From the IMG/VR virus record IMGVR_UViG_3300034280_001042, positions 27,972 through 91,971 of that record: a stretch of DNA of 64,000 bases. One strand, 5' to 3'. The position numbers and the translations under genes are program-made. The notes under the pieces are model-generated. The model was not told the origin of the DNA, searched no databases, and worked only from the letters and a program-made list of their open reading frames with translations. Of the stretch, positions 10,420 to 19,276 are shown one piece after another. Origin of the DNA: a virus. The stretch's first letter is position 1. Each line of letters starts with the position of its first letter.

Positions 10420-10827
10420 ATGGCTGAACATATATTTAGAACACAAAATCCAGATACTCAAAGTATGTTTTATTGTCTTTCTGGTCAAGAAGATTTTATC
10501 GATAATGAAAATAATCCCAGAGTCAAAGAAGAACAAGACAATAGAGTAACGGCTAAAGCTGTGCAAAATAAAAAACCTAAACACTTTAAAGACTCATCTA
10601 ATCAATATAGATATTACATTAAAATAAATCCAAATCTAGAAATATATAATCCAATTAATCTACATTCTTCTATTAAAGACAAGAAAAAATTTTCTCATAT
10701 TAATACTGTATGTAAAAATGACTGGATTTTTAAAGAAGTAGACAAATCAATATTCGATAAATATGTAGCATTCCTGAAACACCAAAATGCTCAAAGTCTT
10801 AAGGATCTTGAAAGACAAATCAAATAA
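10420..10827 (+). CDS. Hypothetical protein, paralog of 11531-11914
   Basis: Shares QEDF.D...PR, Y.IKI, NP, TVC and F..Y..FL with 11531-11914. Confidence 0.75.
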   Translation: MAEHIFRTQNPDTQSMFYCLSGQEDFIDNENNPRVKEEQDNRVTAKAVQNKKPKHFKDSSNQYRYYIKINPNLEIYNPINLHSSIKDKKKFSHINTVCKNDWIFKEVDKSIFDKYVAFLKHQNAQSLKDLERQIK

Positions 10828-10829
10828 TT

Positions 10830-11177
10830 ATGCCAACATACACATATAAGTGCGAACAATGTGAAGTAAAATTTGAATTATTTTTTACGATGAACAAATA
10901 CGATGAACACCCCCTATGTACGTCTTGTAAGTCTAAAAAAACAAACAGATCTTATGAAGACGATATGTCTACAATATCTAGCTCTGTAAAAAAATCAGAC
11001 AGTGAACTAAAAACGATTGGAGACTTAGCTAATCGTAATAGAGACAAAATGAGCAATGATCATAAGCAATATTTACAAGAAAAGCATAACGAATATAAAG
11101 ATACGGAATTAGAAAAACAACTTCCCAAGGGTATGAACAGAATAAAAAAGCCCAAAAAGAAAATTAAATGGACATAA
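10830..11177 (+). CDS. FmdB-type zinc-ribbon protein
   Basis: MPTYTYKCEQC...CTSC. Confidence 0.85.
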   Translation: MPTYTYKCEQCEVKFELFFTMNKYDEHPLCTSCKSKKTNRSYEDDMSTISSSVKKSDSELKTIGDLANRNRDKMSNDHKQYLQEKHNEYKDTELEKQLPKGMNRIKKPKKKIKWT

Positions 11178-11178
11178 T

Positions 11179-11538
11179 ATGGTAGAAAAAATAAAGTTAC
11201 AACCGGAAACACTTGAACAGCTAAAAGATCTAACAGACGCTATTGAACATACAGTAGCAAAAGAATCCTACACAGCATTTCAAGAACTGATAGACTATAA
11301 TAGTACTACTAAACTTACTAATTCTCCTCATGAAATAGTATTTGATATTACTGCTTCTGTATTTGAAGAAAACACAAAAGGAGAGCTTGTTGGAACAAAA
11401 GAAATTTGTACAAAGAAATTTCATATACCAGTTCCTATTGATAAAGAATATGAACTGTTCATGAAAACTTTTTTCACACATCTTGAAAAATGTATATTAG
11501 CATCTACCCAAGCAGCATACGAGGATAATAATGGATAG
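11179..11538 (+). CDS. Hypothetical protein
   Basis: Tightly packed ORF within the operon. Confidence 0.65.
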   Translation: MVEKIKLQPETLEQLKDLTDAIEHTVAKESYTAFQELIDYNSTTKLTNSPHEIVFDITASVFEENTKGELVGTKEICTKKFHIPVPIDKEYELFMKTFFTHLEKCILASTQAAYEDNNG

Positions 11539-11914
11539 TTTTATATTTCAACAAAAACCAAACAAACAAGAGACAATCGAAACAGAATACTATACTGATC
11601 CAGATCAAGAAGACTTTGTAGACATGAGCGGGCTACCAAGAACGAACAATCCAAATAATAAGCATATAGTGGCTAAAAAAATTACTAAATTAGACGCTCA
11701 GCCTAAATATTCTATTAAGATAGGAATTAACAATAAATTATTAAATCCTCTGTCTATTTATGGAAAAGATAAAGACTCTTCGTTTTTGGATACTGTATGT
11801 AGAGCTAATGATAGATTTATCGATGTAAATCTAAAAGCGTTTGAATTATATCTGAATTTTCTTAGAACAAAAAATTCTTCATGGCTATATAATGCCGAAA
11901 GGGAACTAACATAA
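11531..11914 (+). CDS. Hypothetical protein, paralog of 10420-10827
   Basis: Same motif series as 10420-10827. Confidence 0.75.
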   Translation: MDSFIFQQKPNKQETIETEYYTDPDQEDFVDMSGLPRTNNPNNKHIVAKKITKLDAQPKYSIKIGINNKLLNPLSIYGKDKDSSFLDTVCRANDRFIDVNLKAFELYLNFLRTKNSSWLYNAERELT

Positions 11915-12237
11915 TGTCTCGTATTAATAAAACAACAATTTATGCAATCAAATGGTTAAGTAGTCAGGGACATGATATAGAATCTATAGCTAACGAACTG
12001 TCTGTTTCTAAAAAGCAGGTAGAGGCCCACACAGACCTGCCTCAACCAGTTCAGACTAGTCCAGAAGAACCACCCAAAATTACACCTAAAAATCTTATGA
12101 TAACACAAACAAGTGTTAAGAAAACAAACAACGTTGCTATTATGACTGGTGAAGCATCTATGCTCAGTGACCATATCAAGAAAAATCAAAAAGCAACACC
12201 AAAACATCAAACAGGAATTTTCCGACCAAAACAATAA
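11914..12237 (+). CDS. Small HTH-containing protein
   Basis: HTH-like segment QGHDIESIANELSVSKKQV. Confidence 0.55.
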   Translation: MSRINKTTIYAIKWLSSQGHDIESIANELSVSKKQVEAHTDLPQPVQTSPEEPPKITPKNLMITQTSVKKTNNVAIMTGEASMLSDHIKKNQKATPKHQTGIFRPKQ

Positions 12238-12659
12238 TGAGTAATATTTATCCATCTAGGTATTCTAATGGTAAGAAGGTTTCGGCTGCTCAGTATATTA
12301 CTGAATTAATATGTGAAAATAAAGCAAAGCAAGATAAATTAGATTTACATCATAGATTTTGGTTGAACCCAGAGTGGTCCAAATACTATAGAAATCAAAT
12401 AGGGACTGCTAATCAACTATTAAAGAAATACAGTCCTAAAGCGATTATCAAAGCTTTACAAGACAACAAAGCACAAAAAATCTATTCTTTGCGAGCACCT
12501 CACCTTGTGGCTATTATAGACCAATACCAGTCCATAGTAGACTCTGAAAATACAGAATTTACCAAAGATATAGAACGTAAAGAAGTTAAAACTTACAGAA
12601 AAGAACAACCCAAAACTAGTCTACTATCAAAACTAAAGGAACTAGACGATGAGTCTTAA
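12237..12659 (+). CDS. Hypothetical protein
   Basis: Coupled ORF directly upstream of the recA-like gene. Confidence 0.7.
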   Translation: MSNIYPSRYSNGKKVSAAQYITELICENKAKQDKLDLHHRFWLNPEWSKYYRNQIGTANQLLKKYSPKAIIKALQDNKAQKIYSLRAPHLVAIIDQYQSIVDSENTEFTKDIERKEVKTYRKEQPKTSLLSKLKELDDES

Positions 12660-13674
12660 AGAAGATGTTGCTAAAAATTTTGGAAATGAAATTATCTTAT
12701 CAGGTAATGCTATAGTAGATAGAAAGTCTATTATCATACCCGTAAGCCCATCGTTGGATATGGTTTTAAATGGAGGTATCCCAGAAGGAAGTTTTGTGGT
12801 ATTCACAGGACAACCCAAATGTGGAAAAACCACGACCTCTCTTTCTTTCGCCGCTACTGCACAAAGGCCCGAGTACAAGGGAGACTTAGCGAAAGATCGT
12901 CATGTGTATTACCTAAATATTGAGGGTAGATTAAAAAAGAGAGATCTTGAAGGTATTCCAGGATTAGATCTTAATAGGATTGATGTTATAGGATCTCAAC
13001 AAGGTAAAATTCTTCATGCAGAAGAATATCTGCAAATTGGAGAAAGAATCATTAATGAAATTCCTGGTTCTATATTAATTATCGACTCATATTCTGCACT
13101 ATGTACAGAAGCAGAAATTACTAGTGATATGGATAAAATGCAACGCGCAGACGGCGCTAAATTATTAGCAAAGTTTTGTCGTAAGGTAGCAAATGTAATA
13201 CCTGTTAATAAAAATATTGTAATTGGTATCACTCATCTTATGGGTAATCCAACGGGATATGGGGCAGAATTTAAGGAGAAGTCTGGGCAGGCTATTGCTT
13301 ATCAGACGGATGTTAAGATAAAGGCTAAGACTTTTAAGCCATGGATTATCGGAACAGATGCTACTCAAATAGGCCAAGAAGTAGAATGGCAAGTTCTATG
13401 TTCCGCTCTCGGTCCTCCGGGAGCTTCTATCACTAGTTATATTAGGTATGGTCAAGGTATTGATCAATATACTGAATCGATCATGTTGGCTTGTGATATT
13501 GGTCTAATCAATAAGGCCGGAGCTTGGTATACTTTAGACTTTGTTGATGAAGGAACAGAGAAAAAACCAAAGATGCAAGGCACCGAAAAAATCAGGCAGT
13601 TTTTGCTTGACAATCCGGAAACATATAGTAAACTCAACGCATCAATCAAGAGTACCATGGGAATCAAATGCTAG
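12649..13674 (+). CDS. recA: RecA/UvsX-like recombinase
   Basis: SLD..LNGGIPEG, Walker A GQPKCGKTT, Walker B IIDS, G.AIAY, LINKAGAWY. Confidence 0.9.
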   Translation: MSLKEDVAKNFGNEIILSGNAIVDRKSIIIPVSPSLDMVLNGGIPEGSFVVFTGQPKCGKTTTSLSFAATAQRPEYKGDLAKDRHVYYLNIEGRLKKRDLEGIPGLDLNRIDVIGSQQGKILHAEEYLQIGERIINEIPGSILIIDSYSALCTEAEITSDMDKMQRADGAKLLAKFCRKVANVIPVNKNIVIGITHLMGNPTGYGAEFKEKSGQAIAYQTDVKIKAKTFKPWIIGTDATQIGQEVEWQVLCSALGPPGASITSYIRYGQGIDQYTESIMLACDIGLINKAGAWYTLDFVDEGTEKKPKMQGTEKIRQFLLDNPETYSKLNASIKSTMGIKC

Positions 13675-14075
13675 TAAAGGACTTGGATGGCATTGCTCAC
13701 ACTTGGAACTTGACAGGAAATATGGCTCATGGAAAGACTACTAATAAGTCCTCTTTGCATATAAGAGCCAGAGCCTTGTTATCTACTCAGTTTCCAACAC
13801 TACAATTGCTGGAAGAAATTCCAATTATATTGCGTAAGTCTGAGACTTTGTACTTAGATTTTTATATGCCTCTTAATAGAACTTGTGTGGAAGTTCATGG
13901 AGAACAACACTATAAATTCGTTGGTCATTATCATAATAATGCTCTAGGCTTCATGAAGCACAAAAAGAGAGATAAAGAAAAACTGGAATGGTGTGAATTA
14001 AACGGTATTAAATATATAGAACTACCCTTTAATGAGTCTGATTCAGAATGGCTAAATAGGATTACAGGGAAATGA
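13668..14075 (+). CDS. PD-(D/E)XK / Vsr-DUF559-like endonuclease
   Basis: LYLDFYMP...VEVHGEQHY...RD..K.EWCELNGI. Confidence 0.75.
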   Translation: MLVKDLDGIAHTWNLTGNMAHGKTTNKSSLHIRARALLSTQFPTLQLLEEIPIILRKSETLYLDFYMPLNRTCVEVHGEQHYKFVGHYHNNALGFMKHKKRDKEKLEWCELNGIKYIELPFNESDSEWLNRITGK

Positions 14076-14557
14076 ATACTAAAGAACAAGTTGAAGAATG
14101 GGATCGTATATTAGACGAATATGAAAAATCTATTGGTCTAGGAACATATTCTGATATTCATAATTTTACAGAAGAAGAATTAAATTCCTACTTCTCTATG
14201 TCACGGGATGTGATAGAAAAATTAACCCCAGAAGATTGTGCACAGATCTCCTTGAGATTAGCCCAATATGCTTTGTTCTTACAAAGAACTATTAATAGAG
14301 AAATAGCTAGACATAACTGGGCCGAAGAATCAATTAAGGAATCTATCGCTGACGAAATTAATAACTATAAGGGATATGGGTATATAGAAAAATCTCTTCA
14401 GGCTATTAAGCATAACGATAAGGCTAGTGGATTAAATCGTATAAAAAAATATGCAAAACAAAGAATGGACAGATTATCCTATTTAGCGAACAATATTAAA
14501 AACTTATCCGATATTATATTAGCAGTACAGAAAACAAAGGTGAAACATGGATCTTAA
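14072..14557 (+). CDS. Helical protein, possibly UvsY-like recombination mediator
   Basis: Coiled-coil character, size, and position between recA and dnaB. The function is inferred. Confidence 0.4.
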   Translation: MNTKEQVEEWDRILDEYEKSIGLGTYSDIHNFTEEELNSYFSMSRDVIEKLTPEDCAQISLRLAQYALFLQRTINREIARHNWAEESIKESIADEINNYKGYGYIEKSLQAIKHNDKASGLNRIKKYAKQRMDRLSYLANNIKNLSDIILAVQKTKVKHGS

Positions 14558-14975
14558 TGACCTAATAAAAAATCCAGATCAAATTAAAAGTCTCATAGAG
14601 GTTCTGCAAGCTCTTTTACCAAAAGAGCAAGAAAATACAGAGTCTGTTGTAGCAACAAGTAAAATTAAGAGTAAAAACTCAACTAGATCAACATCCACAA
14701 TCAAGACACGCGGAGGACAAAAGCGCCGTAAGTCTAACAGTGGTGATGGTCTTAATAAGTTTGAAAGTATGTCTGAATTTGGTATGCATAAAGAGGATTC
14801 TGCAATAGATAAAGTTTTGTCTAAAATTCCACCGGTTGCTAGAACAAGAGACGAAGCCGAGCCGGTGAATGTGGTTTGTAGAATATGTGGAAAAAAAGAG
14901 AGTGTCAGTCCCTCGTTAATTTTTGATTCAATCTCTCGTTATAAATGTAATACTTGCGCTACACAATCAGGTTAA
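14547..14975 (+). CDS. Hypothetical protein with C-terminal zinc finger
   Basis: CRICG...CNTC. Confidence 0.65.
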   Translation: MDLNDLIKNPDQIKSLIEVLQALLPKEQENTESVVATSKIKSKNSTRSTSTIKTRGGQKRRKSNSGDGLNKFESMSEFGMHKEDSAIDKVLSKIPPVARTRDEAEPVNVVCRICGKKESVSPSLIFDSISRYKCNTCATQSG

Positions 14976-14993
14976 TTTTAAGGTTTATTAAAT

Positions 14994-16454
14994 ATGATTT
15001 TATGCGATCCTTCGGCAGAAAGAGCCGTATTAAGTGGCATTCTTCAATATGGTGAAGATGCTTTTTTAGACGTTAGTGATCTTATACAAGAGTCTACATT
15101 TACAGTAGATAGTAATCAGCTTATTTTTCGGTGTTTAAAAACAATATGTGAAAAGCACCAAAAACCCAACATAGACTTGGCACTAATCTACTCTACTGCA
15201 CAAGAACTAGAAATTGGACATATTCTCACAAAGAAAGAAGAAGCTTTACATTTAAAGGCTATTAGTGATTTTCCTGTTAATCTAGAAAACATTCGCAAAT
15301 TTGCTGCAAAAATCAGAAAACTTGAAATTGCTAGACTTCTACATAAGCAACTCAAAACCGCTCAAGATAAAATCTTAGACGTTAATGGTAGCGAAAGTAT
15401 TTCCTCTATCATAGGTATTGCTGAAGATAGTGTTTTTAATTTTGCTTCTTCTATTAATAATGATAACGATAATGCTCCGTCCTTAATGGGAGAAGGCTTA
15501 GAAGAATACATAGAATATCTACAAACCAATACTATTGATCAGGTTGGTATTCCTACTGGCTTTCCGGTTTATGATCAAGCTATCGGAGGAGGATTGAGAA
15601 AGGGTACTGTTAATGTTATTGGAGCTAGACCAAAAACTGGTAAAACACTATTGTCTGACAATATGGGTAGAAATATAGCTAAACTAGGTATACCTGTTTT
15701 AAACATGGATACCGAAATGAGCAAAAAAGACCATATACATAGACTACTAGCTATGTCATCAGAAATAGAAATAGCTAAAATTGAAACTGGAAAATTCACA
15801 GAGTCTCCAGTACATAAAGCAAAAATACTAGAAGCTGTGACAGAACTAAAAAATATGCCTATACATCATAAGGTAATAGCAGGAAAACCTTTTGAAGAAC
15901 AGCTATCCATTATGAGAAGATGGATAGTTAAAGAAGTAGGATTAAATGACGACGGTACAGCTAAAGATTGTGTTATCTTTTATGACTATCTTAAGCTTAT
16001 GGATACGGCAGGAATGGATAAAGATCTCAAAGAGTATCAGCTACTAGGCTTTATGATGACAGCACTTCATAACTTTGCTGTAAAGTATCAAGTTCCAATC
16101 ATGGCTTTTATTCAATTGAATCGAGATGGTATTACTAAAGAAAGTACAGATTCTGCTAGTGGTTCTGATCGTATTATATGGTTGTGTAGCAATTTCAGCA
16201 TCTTCAAACGAAAGTCTGATGAAGAAATAGCAGAAGACGGGGTTGAGGGAGGTAATAGAAAACTTATTACTTTGATCGCTCGTCACGGAGGAGGTTTGGA
16301 TGACAATGACTATATCAACTGTAATATGAAGGGCTGGTGCGCTAAAATTACAGAGGGTAAGACTAGACTAGAACTATTGAGTAATAATAAACAACACCAA
16401 GATGGATTTATCGTTGATGACGAAAATAATAAAGAAGACATTCCCTTCGTATAA
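14994..16454 (+). CDS. dnaB: Replicative DNA helicase
   Basis: AERAVL, GIPTGF, GARPKTGKT, DTEM, DYLKL, QLNR, SGSDRI, ARHG. Confidence 0.95.
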   Translation: MILCDPSAERAVLSGILQYGEDAFLDVSDLIQESTFTVDSNQLIFRCLKTICEKHQKPNIDLALIYSTAQELEIGHILTKKEEALHLKAISDFPVNLENIRKFAAKIRKLEIARLLHKQLKTAQDKILDVNGSESISSIIGIAEDSVFNFASSINNDNDNAPSLMGEGLEEYIEYLQTNTIDQVGIPTGFPVYDQAIGGGLRKGTVNVIGARPKTGKTLLSDNMGRNIAKLGIPVLNMDTEMSKKDHIHRLLAMSSEIEIAKIETGKFTESPVHKAKILEAVTELKNMPIHHKVIAGKPFEEQLSIMRRWIVKEVGLNDDGTAKDCVIFYDYLKLMDTAGMDKDLKEYQLLGFMMTALHNFAVKYQVPIMAFIQLNRDGITKESTDSASGSDRIIWLCSNFSIFKRKSDEEIAEDGVEGGNRKLITLIARHGGGLDDNDYINCNMKGWCAKITEGKTRLELLSNNKQHQDGFIVDDENNKEDIPFV

Positions 16455-17520
16455 TCAGTATCAGTTAAAAGAATTGTCTGATGCTGTTTGTGATGACATA
16501 GAAAATTTGTTAATTACTTTGGGTATTGAAGACTATAAGATTCTTGATAAAATGGTTATTATGCCATGCCCCATTCACAGTGGGGATAATGCTTCTGCTT
16601 TTAATCTTTATTACCAAGGAGATTCTTATAGAGGAAACTGGAAATGTAGAACACATCAATGTGAGGGTGTTTTTAAATCTTCTATTATTGGTTTTATACG
16701 TGGATGTTTATCCAGAATCAAAAAAAACTGGACAAAACCAGGCGATGATATGATATCTTTTAATGAAGCCGTAGAGTATGCTGTACAATTTAGTAATCAC
16801 AACGTTCGTGCAATATCTACACCTAAAAAAGATCAAGAAAAACATACATTTGTTAATACCGTTAACTATATCACCAAGAATAATACCAAAGCTACCAATC
16901 AAATAGCTCGTTCAACAGTGGTGAAGTCTTTACAAATCCCATCGTCTTATTTTCAAACTAGGAACTTTAGCAAGAAGATTCTAACAAAATACGATGTTGG
17001 AGAATGTACAACTAGCGGCAGAGAGATGTACAACAGAGCTGTGGTTCCGATCTATGATCAAGACCATAAGCATATGATAGGATGTACTGGGCGAACAATT
17101 AATAATGAAAACCCAAAATGGAGACACAGCAAAGGATTTTCTGCTAATGAATCTTTGTATAATTTCTGGTATGCTAAAGAACACATTAAAGCACTCGGTG
17201 GAGTAGTTTTGGTGGAAAGCCCTGGTAATGTATGGAGACTTGAAGAAGCAGGAATACACAACTCTGTTGCTATATTTGGTTCTTCGTTGGGAGATAAACA
17301 AAAAATGCTTCTTGATATTTCTGGCGCTATGACTATTGTAACCTTAATGGATAACGACGAAGCTGGTAAAAAAGCAGCAGATCAGATTCTACAAAAATGT
17401 CAAAGAACGTATAATGTTAAACATATTCAACTCACCGACTATCCAGATGTTGCAGAAATGCCTTTGGAAAAAGTAATAAAAGATATTAAACCATTAATTG
17501 AAAGCCATATCAAATGCTAA
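16402..17520 (+). CDS. dnaG: DNA primase (CHC2 zinc finger plus TOPRIM)
   Basis: CPIH.GDN...WKCRTHQC, R.VVPIYD, GRT, LVESPGN, MDNDEAG. The start may instead be 16417. Confidence 0.92.
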   Translation: MDLSLMTKIIKKTFPSYNQYQLKELSDAVCDDIENLLITLGIEDYKILDKMVIMPCPIHSGDNASAFNLYYQGDSYRGNWKCRTHQCEGVFKSSIIGFIRGCLSRIKKNWTKPGDDMISFNEAVEYAVQFSNHNVRAISTPKKDQEKHTFVNTVNYITKNNTKATNQIARSTVVKSLQIPSSYFQTRNFSKKILTKYDVGECTTSGREMYNRAVVPIYDQDHKHMIGCTGRTINNENPKWRHSKGFSANESLYNFWYAKEHIKALGGVVLVESPGNVWRLEEAGIHNSVAIFGSSLGDKQKMLLDISGAMTIVTLMDNDEAGKKAADQILQKCQRTYNVKHIQLTDYPDVAEMPLEKVIKDIKPLIESHIKC

Positions 17521-18242
17521 TATTAGGAATATCTGGAAGAAAACAGTCCGGTAAAAGTACTACTGGAAATTTTATATACTCTATCTATATGTCTAATCTT
17601 GGCATATCCAATAAAGTATATATCAACGAGTATGGACAAATTATAGTATCTGATTTATTGGGGGATACTAATTATGCTGGAGTATTTGATCCTACCAATC
17701 ATTATGGTAATAACGACTATATTATTTCCCAAGTGTTTGAAAAATTAGCTCCATATATTAAGATATATAATTTTGCAGATGTCTTGAAGAGGGATATTTG
17801 TATGAATATTCTTGGATTAACCTATGATCAATGTTATGGTTCTGATGAAGAAAAAAATGCGCCAACGAACCTTCAATTAGACGGTAAGTGTCTATCAGCC
17901 AGAGATATTTTACAATATATAGGAACCGACGTATTTCGTAAAATTAAACCAGACGTTTGGGTGGAAGCTACGATTACTAAAATAAAGAAAGATAAACCAG
18001 AGTTAGCTATTATTACAGACTGCAGATTTCCAAATGAAGTAGACATAGTTAAAAATAATAATGGTAAAATTCTGAGACTTTCAAGAGATTTGCATCATTC
18101 TGACCACATTAGCGAAACCATCTTAGATCCAGAAAATTATAATTGGACAAATTTTGATTTTGTATTAAATAATGATAATATGTCCATATTAGAACAACTA
18201 ACAGAAACCAAAAATATTTTAGAGGAGATACTAAAATTATAA
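17514..18242 (+). CDS. Deoxynucleoside monophosphate kinase
   Basis: GISGRKQSGKST, FAD.LK, R.ILQYIGTDVFR, ITDCRFPNE, H.SE. Confidence 0.88.
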   Translation: MLILGISGRKQSGKSTTGNFIYSIYMSNLGISNKVYINEYGQIIVSDLLGDTNYAGVFDPTNHYGNNDYIISQVFEKLAPYIKIYNFADVLKRDICMNILGLTYDQCYGSDEEKNAPTNLQLDGKCLSARDILQYIGTDVFRKIKPDVWVEATITKIKKDKPELAIITDCRFPNEVDIVKNNNGKILRLSRDLHHSDHISETILDPENYNWTNFDFVLNNDNMSILEQLTETKNILEEILKL

Positions 18243-19276
18243 TCACATACTTTCGAAGTAGTTCATATAATACCCACAGTCTTTGTGAGCAACAATATTT
18301 TATTGAATATGTTCTTGGATGGAGAGGTCCGTCTGGTCAAAAGGCCGATAAAGGAACTATTGTCCATAAGGTTTTAGAAATTTTAGCTGTCATTAAAAAA
18401 GGACAGCAAGACGGTATGACCGAAATAGACGATGATGTAGTTGGCCATATTGATGTGAATAATTATAATCTGGATACTATCACACAAAAAGTATACAAGC
18501 ACTACACAGAGAGATCTCCGCATCACAAGTGGGCACCTAAAGACTATAAGGATTGTCATTCCTGGGTTTATAAGGCAATCGAATTAAATAATGGCATGTT
18601 TGATCCTAGAAATCGTAATATTTTAATGCCAGAACAACATTTTGATTTTGAAATAAAAAAACCATGGTCTAAATACTCTTATAATCTTACAGACGGTTCT
18701 GTATTAGAGGGTAATTTGGCCATGAAAGGTACTATTGATTTAATAACTCTTGTTAATAAAGATACTATCGAGGTAATTGACTGGAAAACAGGTAAAAGAT
18801 TAGACTGGGCAACGGGACAAGAAAAAACCCAAGAAAAGCTTGAGAACGATCCACAACTAAGAATTTACCACTATGCCATTAAACACTTATATCCTGATAT
18901 TAAAAACATTATATTCTCTATCTATTTTATTAATGATGGTGGACCTTTTTCTATTTGTTTTCATGATAGCGATATTGCTGAAACAGAAAATATACTTCGT
19001 AGAAAATTTGATATAATAAAACAAACTACTAAACCTAAACTTAATAAGTCTTGGATGTGTAGTAAACTGTGTCATTTTGGTAAGACTACTTTTGCTAATA
19101 CTAGTATCGAACCTGTTATCGAGTATAGAAATGGTCAGTTGTGCTCAAAGGACACGACCATGACAAAGTGCGAACAAATAAAACACGATCTAGACTTATA
19201 TGGAATCGACGCTACTATAGGGCTATACAAGCACCCGAATCACTCCTTTGGATCATACAAAGCTCCCGGAACATGA
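18236..19276 (+). CDS. Cas4/AddB-like PD-(D/E)XK exonuclease with probable ATT start
   Basis: An in-frame extension upstream of ATG 18416 encodes RSSSYNTHSLCEQQYFIEYVLG...DKGTIVHKVLE. Core GTIDL..IDWKTG, QLRIYHYA; C-terminal C..LC...C. SD GAGGAG at 18222-18227. Confidence 0.85.
   Translation: MIITYFRSSSYNTHSLCEQQYFIEYVLGWRGPSGQKADKGTIVHKVLEILAVIKKGQQDGMTEIDDDVVGHIDVNNYNLDTITQKVYKHYTERSPHHKWAPKDYKDCHSWVYKAIELNNGMFDPRNRNILMPEQHFDFEIKKPWSKYSYNLTDGSVLEGNLAMKGTIDLITLVNKDTIEVIDWKTGKRLDWATGQEKTQEKLENDPQLRIYHYAIKHLYPDIKNIIFSIYFINDGGPFSICFHDSDIAETENILRRKFDIIKQTTKPKLNKSWMCSKLCHFGKTTFANTSIEPVIEYRNGQLCSKDTTMTKCEQIKHDLDLYGIDATIGLYKHPNHSFGSYKAPGT

Noticed and set aside
19141-19272. ORF-track N-terminal extension of dnaE (and similarly 5335-5445 on the GT-like gene)
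   Set aside because: These overlap upstream genes. The coupled ATGs at 19273 and 5446 fit better, and the DnaE motif starts at 19273.
18236-19276. CRISPR-Cas system suggested by the Cas4-like gene
   Set aside because: No array or other cas genes seen; stand-alone Cas4-like nucleases are common in phage replication modules.
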